From the NCBI GenBank assembly GCA_964291495.2, contig OZ219871.1, positions 544,001 through 608,000 on the forward strand: a stretch of 64,000 bases of DNA, given 5' to 3'. Of this stretch, positions 56,064 through 64,000 are shown piece by piece (position 1 is the first letter of the stretch; each line of letters opens with the position of its first letter). The DNA comes from Dehalococcoidia bacterium (lineage in GTDB: Bacteria; Chloroflexota; Dehalococcoidia; UBA2979). The notes below the pieces were generated by a model. It was not told where the DNA came from. It made no database searches and worked only from the letters and a program-made list of their open reading frames with translations. The translations under genes were made by a program, and so were the position numbers.

Positions 56064-57473
56064 CTAGTCGACGACGACCGGCGAGACCGCGCCGAGCAGC
56101 CAGCGCGCGATCGCAGTCATCGCGGCATCCTGGTGCGGCCGGCCGAAGACCTGCACGCCGACGGGCATCCCGCCCACGCTCATCAGCGGCATGCTCACGG
56201 CCGGAGCGAACAGCATCGAGCTCGGGAAGTTGAAGACCGGGTCGCCCGTCGGGCGCGGGGCGAGCGGCTTGCCGGGCTCGTCGCCGAGCCAGACGTGCGC
56301 CGGTCCCGGACAGGAGAGCGTGATGATCGCGTCGCCGGATCCGGCGAGGGCCGCGTGCGCCTCCTGCGCGACCTGGCGGGCGAGCAGCGCCGCCCGATAG
56401 TCGTCGACCGACATCGCCTCGGCCCCGGCCAGCACCGCCTGCGCCCGCTCGCTGACGCCCTCGGGGTGCTCGTCGACGAGGTTGCGCGTCGCCCAGCGGT
56501 TCTCCCAGCCGGTGATCGCGTTGCACACCTCGCGCGCGTCGCCGACCGCGCCCTCCAGCGACTCGACCAGGGGGTCGTCGCCCCGCCGCAGGAGCTGTAC
56601 GCCGAGCTCGCGCAACTGGCCGAGGACCGCGGCGAAGCCCTCCTTGCTCCCGTCGTCCAGCTCCTCCCATCCCTGGGTCTCGAGGACGATCAGCCGCTCG
56701 GGCCTGCGGGGCTCGGGGGTGGTCGCTGGCCCGTCCAGGCCGGGCCAGCCGCGATCGCCCCCGGCGCGCCGCGCGATCTCGATGGCGACCTGCCACATGT
56801 CCTCGATGCAGTTGGCGTGGACGCCGTGCGTGCTCATGCTCGTCGCCTGCCGCTCGCCGCGATTGATGCCGCCCTGCGTCGGCTTGAGGGCGACGTTCCC
56901 GCAGTAGCCGGCGGGTCTGATGATCGAGCCGCCGACCTGCGAGCCGATCGCGGCCGGGAGCATCCGCGCCGCGACCGCGGCGGCCGAGCCCGACGAGGAG
57001 CCGCCGGGCGAGCGCCGCTCGTCGAACGGGTTGGTCGTCGGCCCGGGGTGGGAGCCGCCGAGCTCGGCCGTGACGGTCTTGCCGAGGATCACCGCGCCCG
57101 CCTGCCGCAGCGCCCAGACGGCCGCGTTGTCCCGCTTCGGGAAGTTCCCGCGGAACGCCTCGCAGCCGTACTCGGTGGGCATGTCCCTCGTCTCGAGCAG
57201 GTCCTTGATGCCCACGGGCATGCCGTCGATGGCGGAGCGCGGCTCGCCCGCGGCCCAGCGCTCCGTGCTCGCGTCCGCGGCGGCGCGGGCAAGGTCCGCA
57301 CGGAGGTGCGCGAAGGCCTGGACCAGCGGCTCGCGCTCCTCGATCGTCGCCAGGCAGCGCTCGAGGTAGTCGCGGGGCGTGTCGTCGCCAGACCGGAACC
57401 GGCGGGCGGCGTCGTGGAACGTCAGGGGCTCATAGGTCTGCGGGTCGTAGCCGGTCGCGGTAGCCTGCGCCAT
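56064..57473 (-). CDS. amidase signature family enzyme
   Basis: GIKD, GKT, PGGSSSGSAAAVA, IGSQVGGSIIRPA. Confidence 0.92.
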   Translation of the reverse strand: MAQATATGYDPQTYEPLTFHDAARRFRSGDDTPRDYLERCLATIEEREPLVQAFAHLRADLARAAADASTERWAAGEPRSAIDGMPVGIKDLLETRDMPTEYGCEAFRGNFPKRDNAAVWALRQAGAVILGKTVTAELGGSHPGPTTNPFDERRSPGGSSSGSAAAVAARMLPAAIGSQVGGSIIRPAGYCGNVALKPTQGGINRGERQATSMSTHGVHANCIEDMWQVAIEIARRAGGDRGWPGLDGPATTPEPRRPERLIVLETQGWEELDDGSKEGFAAVLGQLRELGVQLLRRGDDPLVESLEGAVGDAREVCNAITGWENRWATRNLVDEHPEGVSERAQAVLAGAEAMSVDDYRAALLARQVAQEAHAALAGSGDAIITLSCPGPAHVWLGDEPGKPLAPRPTGDPVFNFPSSMLFAPAVSMPLMSVGGMPVGVQVFGRPHQDAAMTAIARWLLGAVSPVVVD

Positions 57474-57486
57474 CACTCAGCCTCGC

Positions 57487-58344
57487 TCAGCGGCCCTTGA
57501 AGACCGGGGTGCGGCGCTCGCCGAGAGCCGCACGAGCCTCGGCGGCGTCCTCCGAGGCCTCGGGAATGGGCGAGGCGTTCGAGGCCAGCACCGCCGTGTG
57601 TTCCAGCGTCGTGTCGACGGCCGCCCGGATCACCCGCTTGTTGATCCAGGAGACCAGCGGCGGGTTGCGCATGATGCGGTCGCACAGCGCTCGCACCTCC
57701 TCCTCGAGGTCCTCGGAGGGGACGAGCCTGTTGAGGACGCCCCACTCGGCGGCGGTCTGGCCGTCGAGGTCGCCGGTGAACGAGAACTCGAGCGCGCGGC
57801 CAAGGCCGGCAAGCCTCGTGAGGTAATAGGCGCCGCCGTTCTCGATGATCTGGCCGACCTGGTGGTAGGAGAGGAAGCGCGTGTGCTCGCTGCCGTAGCG
57901 GATGTCGCACTGCAGCGCCATGTCCATCCCGAACCCGGCCGCCACGCCGTTGACCATCGCCACCGTCGGCTTGCGGATGAACGAGATGTCCTTCATCAGC
58001 TTGGTGATGCCGTAGTAGAGGTGCTGCCGCGTCGCGTCCAGCCCGCCCGCCTCGTACGGTGCGTTGCCGAGGAAGTTGTCGCCCGGCTCGAAGTCGCCGA
58101 GGTCCGTGCCCCTGACGTTCAAGCCGGCGCAGAAGCCGCGGCCCACGCCGGTCAGCACGATCACCTTGACGTCCGGGTCGTCGTCGCCGGCGCGCATGTA
58201 CTCGCCGACCTTCGCCAGCGTGCCGGTCCGCTCGGCGCCGCCAACGGCGGCGTTGAGCATCTCGGGGCGATTGAACTTGATCCAGAGGATCCCGTTGTCC
58301 TCCTTCTCGTAGAGGAGGTACGGGACGAGCTCGAGTTGCTGCAT
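57487..58344 (-). CDS. enoyl-CoA hydratase/isomerase, copy 2 (inverted duplicate)
   Basis: Same 858-bp length as copy 1, with 15 amino-acid differences by my count. Confidence 0.9.
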   Translation of the reverse strand: MQQLELVPYLLYEKEDNGILWIKFNRPEMLNAAVGGAERTGTLAKVGEYMRAGDDDPDVKVIVLTGVGRGFCAGLNVRGTDLGDFEPGDNFLGNAPYEAGGLDATRQHLYYGITKLMKDISFIRKPTVAMVNGVAAGFGMDMALQCDIRYGSEHTRFLSYHQVGQIIENGGAYYLTRLAGLGRALEFSFTGDLDGQTAAEWGVLNRLVPSEDLEEEVRALCDRIMRNPPLVSWINKRVIRAAVDTTLEHTAVLASNASPIPEASEDAAEARAALGERRTPVFKGR

Positions 58345-58453
58345 GGTGAACCCCTTCGGACGTCTCGGACGCTCGGACGCGCCAGAGTGTAGCGCCTCCG
58401 TCGAGCGAGAGGACGCTCGCCACATCGAGCACTGACGAGTGCCGATCCGGGAA

Positions 58454-58660
58454 TCAGGCCTCGGCCTGGTCGTCCTCGATGGAGATCGCGCCGGTGGGGC
58501 AGCCCTCGACGGCGGCCTCGGCCTCCTCACGCAGATCCTCGGGGAGCGGATCGACGAGGACCTCGGGGGAGCCGTCTCCGCTGTCCCTGAAGATCCGGCG
58601 ATGGAAGGTCAAGCAGTTGCCGACGCGGCTGCACTGGTAAAGGTCGATCTTGACGCGCAT
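58454..58660 (-). CDS. small ferredoxin, probably [3Fe-4S]
   Basis: MRVKIDLYQ-CSRVGNC-...-CPTGAI; the second Cys position is Val. Confidence 0.8.
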   Translation of the reverse strand: MRVKIDLYQCSRVGNCLTFHRRIFRDSGDGSPEVLVDPLPEDLREEAEAAVEGCPTGAISIEDDQAEA

Positions 58661-58758
58661 GACTTCCCTCGCACAGCCACAGGTGCCCGGGCAGCGAGGT
58701 TGATAGCCTCCGTTGCGCGGGATCGACATGATAGTCGGCGTGGGACCGGGAGGTTGCG

Positions 58759-59967
58759 ATGGCGGGACCGCTGAGCGGGATTAAGGTGCTCGACTTCACC
58801 TGGGCGATGGCGGGGCCCTACGGGGTGATGATTCTCTCGGACCTCGGGGCGGAGGTGTGGAAGATCGAGACGCCCTTCCAGACGGAGCGGCGGCGCGGGA
58901 ACGGGCCGTACGTGCACGGGGTCAGCACGTACTTCTTCTCGATCAACCGGGGCAAGAAGAGCATCATGCTCGACCTCAAGGCGCCCGAGGCGACGGAAAT
59001 CGTCCATCGGCTCGTGCCGCGGGCGGACGTGGTCACCGAGAACTTCTCGCCGGGGACGATGGAACGCCTCGGCTTCGGGTATGAGGCGCTGTCGAAGCTG
59101 AATCCGGCGCTGGTCTACGCCTCGACGTCCGGGTTCGGGCAAACGGGGCCGTACCGCGAGCGGGGGGCCGTCGACATCATCGCCCAGGCGATGGGTGGGA
59201 TCATGAGCACGACCGGGCACGAGAGCGATCCGCAGCCTTCGCGCGCGGGCTATTCGATCGGCGACATGGCCGGCGGCATCTTCACCGCGATCGGGGTGCT
59301 GTCGGCGCTGGTCGAGCGCAGCTCGAGCGGCCTCGGGCAGCACGTCGACGTCGCGATGGTCGACAGCCAGGTGGCGCTGATGGAGAACGCGATAGTGCGC
59401 CACTTCGCGACCGGCGAGGTGCAACCGCGGGCGGGGCTGCGGCACCCGCTCAGCACGCCGCACCAGGCGTTCCCGGCGAGCGACGGCTGGTTCGTCGTCT
59501 CGGGGGTACGGGACCACGGCTGGCAGCTCTTCTGCGGGATGATCGAAGCGGACGAGCTCGCCGTGGATCCGCGCTTCTCGGAGAACGCGCTGCGCACCCG
59601 GAACTACGAGGAGTTGGAGCCGTTGATGTTCGCGGCGACGCGGCGGAAGCCGCGGGAGCACTGGCTGGAGACGCTGAAGGACCACTTCCTGGTGGCGCCG
59701 CTGAACAACGTCGCGGACGTCGCCCGGGACCCGCATCTCCAGGCGCGCGACATGTTCCGGGAGCTGCCGACGTGGACCGGCGGCACGCTGACCGTGTCGA
59801 ACACGCCGGTGAAGCACTCGCGGACGCCCGGCGGCGCGGAGCGCGGCGCGTCGAAGCCGGGCGAGCACACCCGCGAGGCGCTGGAGAGCGTCGGGTTCCT
59901 CGAGGCGGAGATCGACGACCTCGTGGCGCGCGGAGTGATCGCCGAGGAGCCGGCGGAGGACGAGTAG
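58759..59967 (+). CDS. CaiB/BaiF family III CoA-transferase
   Basis: PLSGIKVLDFT, NRGKKS, ENFSPG, SGFGQTGP, IGDMAGG. Confidence 0.93.
   Translation: MAGPLSGIKVLDFTWAMAGPYGVMILSDLGAEVWKIETPFQTERRRGNGPYVHGVSTYFFSINRGKKSIMLDLKAPEATEIVHRLVPRADVVTENFSPGTMERLGFGYEALSKLNPALVYASTSGFGQTGPYRERGAVDIIAQAMGGIMSTTGHESDPQPSRAGYSIGDMAGGIFTAIGVLSALVERSSSGLGQHVDVAMVDSQVALMENAIVRHFATGEVQPRAGLRHPLSTPHQAFPASDGWFVVSGVRDHGWQLFCGMIEADELAVDPRFSENALRTRNYEELEPLMFAATRRKPREHWLETLKDHFLVAPLNNVADVARDPHLQARDMFRELPTWTGGTLTVSNTPVKHSRTPGGAERGASKPGEHTREALESVGFLEAEIDDLVARGVIAEEPAEDE
59919..59967 (+). repeat. 49-bp direct repeat, copy 1 (CoA-transferase 3' end)
   Basis: CCTCGTGGCGCGCGGAGTGATCGCCGAGGAGCCGGCGGAGGACGAGTAG. Confidence 0.85.
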
Positions 59968-60041
59968 CGGCCTCGGGCAGATCGCGAGGGCGCCGCGATT
60001 CCGGAACCGATCCGTGCGTGACGTGCCTGTGGCCCGCGGCG

Positions 60042-61256
60042 CTACGCCCGTGGCAGCCCCAGGCCGCGCGTCGCGATGATGTTGCGCTGCACCTCGGACG
60101 TGCCGGCCGCGATCGTGCGCGGCACGTCGAGGACGTAGCGCTGGGTGAAGAGCGCAAACAGGGGCGCGCGCTCGTCGTGCTCGTCCCAGAGGTTGGCGTA
60201 GAGGCCGAAGAGGCGGGTGCCCGTGCGTGTTGCTGCCTGCGTGATCTCGGAGATGAACATCTTGGACATCGAGGCCTCGTAGTTCGGGATCAGTCCGCGG
60301 TTCTGCATCGAGATGATGCGGAACGAGAAGTTCTGGCCGACCTCGGTCTCCACGTAGCGATCGGCGAGTTCGGCGCGGAGGGTGGGCGAGAGCCGCGCCC
60401 GCTGCCGGCCCCCCTCGGTTCCGAGGTACTCGCGAAGGAGGTCAAGCCGCCGACGCACGCCAATCGCGCCGGAGATGTTCGAGCGCTCGTAGTCGAGCAG
60501 CGTCATCCCCACGTACCAGCCGCGGTCGACCTCGCCGACCACGTTATCGGCGCGGGTGCGGACGTCCTCGAAGAAGGTCTCGTTGAATCCGTGCTCCCAG
60601 CCCATGTTGATCAGCGGGCGCACGGAGAGACCGGGCGTCTCGATCTCGGGCAGGAGCATGAAGGAGATGCCGCGATGCTTGGGAGCGTTGGGATCGGTGC
60701 GGACGAGGACGAAGAGGGCGTCTGCGTGATGGGCGTTGGAGGTCCAGATCTTCTGCCCGTTGATCACCCACTCGTCGCCGTCGCGGACGGCGCGCGTCTG
60801 CAGCGAGGCGAGGTCCGAGCCGGCGCCCGGCTCGGAGTAGCCCTGGGCCCACATGATCTCGCCCGAGAGAATGCCCGGGAGGACGCGCGACTTCTGCTCG
60901 TCGGTGCCGTGCACAATCAGCGTCGGTCCGAGCATCGCAAGCCCGTTGCCGCCGACCTGCGGCGCTCCGGCCGCCGTCCGCTCGTACGCGAGGATGAACT
61001 GCTCCATCGGGGTCATGCCGGCGCCGCCGTACTCCTGCGGCCATTGAGGAGCGAACCAGCCGCGCTCCGACAGTGCGTCGCCCCAGGCGATCGCGGCTTC
61101 GCGGCGCTCGTCGTCGTCTGACTTGCGGTCCGCACTCCAGTCGTTGTCGAGGCCCCGAGCCTGGCGCGCGCGGTAGTACTCCGGCGTGTGCTCCTCGAGC
61201 ATCGCCCGGACCTCGCTCCGGAACGCCGCCTGCTGCTCGTCGTCAGTCCAGTCCAT
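60042..61256 (-). CDS. acyl-CoA dehydrogenase (FadE-type)
   Basis: WPQEYGG, WAQGYSEPGAGSDLASL, NGQKIWTS, LDYER, AGTSEVQRNIIA. Confidence 0.93.
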   Translation of the reverse strand: MDWTDDEQQAAFRSEVRAMLEEHTPEYYRARQARGLDNDWSADRKSDDDERREAAIAWGDALSERGWFAPQWPQEYGGAGMTPMEQFILAYERTAAGAPQVGGNGLAMLGPTLIVHGTDEQKSRVLPGILSGEIMWAQGYSEPGAGSDLASLQTRAVRDGDEWVINGQKIWTSNAHHADALFVLVRTDPNAPKHRGISFMLLPEIETPGLSVRPLINMGWEHGFNETFFEDVRTRADNVVGEVDRGWYVGMTLLDYERSNISGAIGVRRRLDLLREYLGTEGGRQRARLSPTLRAELADRYVETEVGQNFSFRIISMQNRGLIPNYEASMSKMFISEITQAATRTGTRLFGLYANLWDEHDERAPLFALFTQRYVLDVPRTIAAGTSEVQRNIIATRGLGLPRA

Positions 61257-61312
61257 GGTCGTCCCCTTGTCCCGCGGAGACTGCGTGCGCCGATGCTAGC
61301 AGCACGAAACGG

Positions 61313-61361
61313 CCTCGTGGCGCGCGGGGTGATCGCCGAGGAACCCGCGGAGGACGAGTAG
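61313..61361 (+). repeat. 49-bp direct repeat, copy 2 (orphan CoA-transferase 3'-end remnant)
   Basis: CCTCGTGGCGCGCGGGGTGATCGCCGAGGAACCCGCGGAGGACGAGTAG; 3 mismatches to copy 1. Confidence 0.85.
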
Positions 61362-61509
61362 TATCGTCGAGGGTATGCGTTGAGGTGCGGCGCGGACTGC
61401 CTCCCAAGTCGGTCGCGGCGCTGTCGCGCGCCGGGGCCGACGGCTGCTATCGATCACGCCGCTGCCGGTCTCACTCCCGGCGAGTCCAACATGAGGAGAT
61501 ACGAGCGTA

Positions 61510-63024
61510 ATGACCGTCTCCTCGCTTCGCGTCCACTGGCTCGCAGTCCTGGCAGTTCTGGCCGTCGGCACCATCCTGACCGCCTGTATCGGCAGTCCCG
61601 CGCCCGCGCCGGAACCAAACGCTAGTCCGATCGCCACCCCGGAGCCAGACACGGCCGAGGAAGGCGGAAGTGTGGCGTCGGACCGGGCAGCGCTGGTCGC
61701 CCTCTACAACGCCACGGGCGGCGCAAGCTGGCGTTTCAGCACGAACTGGCTGAGTGACAGGCCCCTCGGTGCGTGGCACGGCGTCACCACGAACAGTGTC
61801 GGCCGTGTCATTGTGGTGCGGCTGTCGGACAGCAGGTTGTCGGGGCCGAGCCCAGCCGAGCAATTGACGGGGCCGATCCCGCCCGAGCTGGGCGACCTCA
61901 CCCATCTGCGAACGCTGCGCCTCGCCCACAACCGGTTGACAGGACCGATCCCGGCCGAGCTGGGCCACCTCAACAACCTGGAAACGCTGGACCTCGGGCA
62001 CAACGGCTTGTCGGGGCCGATCCCGCCCGAGCTGGGCGACCTCACCAACCTGCGAACGCTGGACCTCGGATACAACCTGTTGGCGGGGCTGATCCCGGCG
62101 GAGCTGGGTGACCTCACCAACCTGCAAACCCTGAACCTCGGGTACAACAGCTTGTCGGGGCCGATCCCGGCCGAACTGGGCCACCTCACCAACCTGCGAA
62201 CACTGGTAATCGGGCTCACCAAACTGACGGGACCGATCCCGGCCGAGTTGGGCGGCCTCACTAACCTGCAAACGCTGGACCTCGGAGACAACCAGTTGGC
62301 GGGGCCGATCCCGGCCGAGTTGGGCGGCCTTACCAACCTGCAAGTGCTGTACCTTGGCGGCAACGACTTGCGCGGGCCGATCCCGGAGGCACTGGGCGAC
62401 CTCACCAACCTGGCATCGCTGGGGCTCTCGGACAACCAGCTGTCGGGGCCGATCCCGCCCGAGCTGGGCGACCTCACCAACCTGCTGTGGCTGGGGCTCT
62501 CGGACAACCAGCTGACGGGGCCGATCCCGGCCGAGCTGGGCGACCTCACCAACCTGGAGGCGTTGGCGCTCTCGGAGAACCAGTTGACGGCGCCGATCCC
62601 GGCCTGGCTGGGCGACCTCACCAACCTGGAGCGGCTGGACCTCTCGGACAACCAGTTGACAGGGCCGATCCCGGCCGAGTTGGGCTACCTCACCAACCTG
62701 CGAACGCTGAACCTCTCGGACAACCGGTTGTGGGGGCCGATCCCGGCGGAGGTGGGCGACCTCATCAACCTGCTATCGCTGGGGCTCTCGGACAACCAGC
62801 TGACGGGGGCCATCCCGGCTGAGCTCGGCAACCTCACCGGCCTGGGATGGCTGAACCTCGCGGGCAACCAGTTGACAGGGCCCATCCCAGCCTGGCTGGA
62901 CGACTTCACCAACCTGATAGAGCTGTCCCTCTCTGACAACCCGTTGACGGGGTGCGTGCCCGGCGGCTTGCGCGATGTAGCGCTGAATGATCTTCGGCAA
63001 CTCGACCTGCCCGACTGCGGCTAG
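61510..63024 (+). CDS. leucine-rich-repeat lipoprotein with plant-type LRRs
   Basis: ILTAC lipobox; N-cap DRAALVALYNATGG..W...W..WHGV; 15 repeats of 24 aa, consensus LTGPIPAELGxLTNLxxLxLxxNx. Confidence 0.92.
   Translation: MTVSSLRVHWLAVLAVLAVGTILTACIGSPAPAPEPNASPIATPEPDTAEEGGSVASDRAALVALYNATGGASWRFSTNWLSDRPLGAWHGVTTNSVGRVIVVRLSDSRLSGPSPAEQLTGPIPPELGDLTHLRTLRLAHNRLTGPIPAELGHLNNLETLDLGHNGLSGPIPPELGDLTNLRTLDLGYNLLAGLIPAELGDLTNLQTLNLGYNSLSGPIPAELGHLTNLRTLVIGLTKLTGPIPAELGGLTNLQTLDLGDNQLAGPIPAELGGLTNLQVLYLGGNDLRGPIPEALGDLTNLASLGLSDNQLSGPIPPELGDLTNLLWLGLSDNQLTGPIPAELGDLTNLEALALSENQLTAPIPAWLGDLTNLERLDLSDNQLTGPIPAELGYLTNLRTLNLSDNRLWGPIPAEVGDLINLLSLGLSDNQLTGAIPAELGNLTGLGWLNLAGNQLTGPIPAWLDDFTNLIELSLSDNPLTGCVPGGLRDVALNDLRQLDLPDCG
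61864..62943 (+). repeat. 15 x 72-bp coding tandem repeat (LRR units)
   Basis: Recurring gggccgatcccggccgagctgggcgacctcaccaacctg at a 72-bp period. Confidence 0.9.
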
Positions 63025-63126
63025 ACCGTCTGAGCCTGCCCCAGGAGGCGAGCGGGCAGTGCCCGTGAAGAAGCTGCCCAGCTGATCGGAGAGACTGAGG
63101 GCAGGCGGAACGCTGATGGCCGCCGG

Positions 63127-64000
63127 CTACGGCAGCGTCGTCGGCAGCACCCACATCGGGGTCTCGCCGAGGTCGTAGGTCTCGAGCGGCGTGAGCGTCC
63201 CGCTCTCGCCGTCGACCCGGTACGAGGTGAGGCGGCCGGACTCAAGTCCGCTGGCGAACACGAAGCTCCCGCTCGGATCGAGGCCGAACGCGCGCGGGAC
63301 GGGCTCGGCCGCGACGCGCCCCGTGGGGGTCAGCAGCCCCGTCGCCTCATCGAGGGCGAAGCTTGCGACGCTGTTGTGCCCCCGGTTCGGTGCGTAAAGG
63401 AACCGCCCCGACGGCGAGATCTGGATCTGCGAGCACGAGTTGCGACCGTCGAAGTCCTCGGGGAGCGTCGAAACGGTCTGCACGGGGGTGAGCGTTCCGC
63501 TGTCCCGGTCGAACGCCCAGGCGGTCACGCTGCAGCCCTGCTCGTTCGAGGTGTAGACGAGGTCCTTGTCCGGATGGAAGCAGAGGTGACGCGGCCCGTC
63601 CGCGCCCTCGGGCTTCGCGGCGGGCGGGTCGTTCGGCGTCAACTCGCCGCTGCGCTCGTCGAACCTGAACTGGAAGATCGCGTTGGGCCCCCGGTTCTCA
63701 ATGTGCGGAACGAAGACGAACCGGTTCGAGGCGTCGGCCTGGATCGAGTGCGCCCCGGTCGCTGTGTCGAGCCAGTGCACGGCCGGCCCGCCGAGGGCGC
63801 CGCTCGCGTCCAGCGGGTGCACCGCCACCTTGCCGATGAAGTAGTAGGACGAGAACAGGAAGTTCCCGCTGCGGTCCGTGGCGACGAAGTTCGGCTCGCC
63901 CTCGAGGGGCACCGTGCCCGTCATCGAGAGATCGCCCGTGTCCCGGTCGACGTCGAAGCTCGACATCAGGCGATCGCCGCGGCGCCCGACGTACATGCGC
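63127..64000 (-). CDS. lactonase family beta-propeller (6-phosphogluconolactonase-like), 5' end outside the window
   Basis: AHSI, GPRHLCFHP, SNE, QTVSTLP, YAPNRGHNS, PRAF. Confidence 0.88.
   Translation of the reverse strand, partial: RMYVGRRGDRLMSSFDVDRDTGDLSMTGTVPLEGEPNFVATDRSGNFLFSSYYFIGKVAVHPLDASGALGGPAVHWLDTATGAHSIQADASNRFVFVPHIENRGPNAIFQFRFDERSGELTPNDPPAAKPEGADGPRHLCFHPDKDLVYTSNEQGCSVTAWAFDRDSGTLTPVQTVSTLPEDFDGRNSCSQIQISPSGRFLYAPNRGHNSVASFALDEATGLLTPTGRVAAEPVPRAFGLDPSGSFVFASGLESGRLTSYRVDGESGTLTPLETYDLGETPMWVLPTTLP

Noticed and set aside
60002-60030. GGAACCGATCCG as a third ECF promoter
   Set aside because: No CRTA box at the right spacing and no sense gene downstream
61864-62943. Periodic repeats as a CRISPR array
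   Set aside because: The period is exactly 72 bp, in frame, with degenerate third positions: coding LRR units, and no cas genes are present

Overview
A very GC-rich (about 70% by eye), gene-dense bacterial window. I found no rRNA, tRNA, CRISPR array, transposase or integrase. It is dominated by catabolic paralogue families: nine luciferase-like (LLM) flavin/F420 oxidoreductases, SDRs/epimerases, crotonases, CaiB/BaiF CoA-transferases, three thiolase-fold proteins with a DUF35 partner, hydrolases and MFS transporters. It also encodes several surface lipoproteins with Pro/Thr/Ala stalks (VWA, M16 peptidase, CotH-LTD, plant-type LRR). By inference only, this fits a Chloroflexota (Dehalococcoidia/SAR202-like) genome, possibly host/sponge associated. 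Main observations beyond the ORF track: (1) a DsbA/FrnE-like selenoprotein with an in-frame TGA in a UPWC motif followed by a SECIS-like hairpin, and a probable UGSC-family (seleno)protein running off the left edge; (2) an ECF sigma / anti-sigma-VWA / lipoprotein-VWA module with two matching GGAAC-N17-CRTA promoters; (3) a DUF35 gene followed by three tandem 431-aa Cys-less thiolase-fold paralogues; (4) a 49-bp displaced copy of a CoA-transferase 3' end, differing only at synonymous sites, bracketing an acyl-CoA dehydrogenase gene; (5) an inverted crotonase duplication; (6) an animal-PTER-like hydrolase, a His-type DegT-family enzyme and a SodC lacking one Cu ligand.
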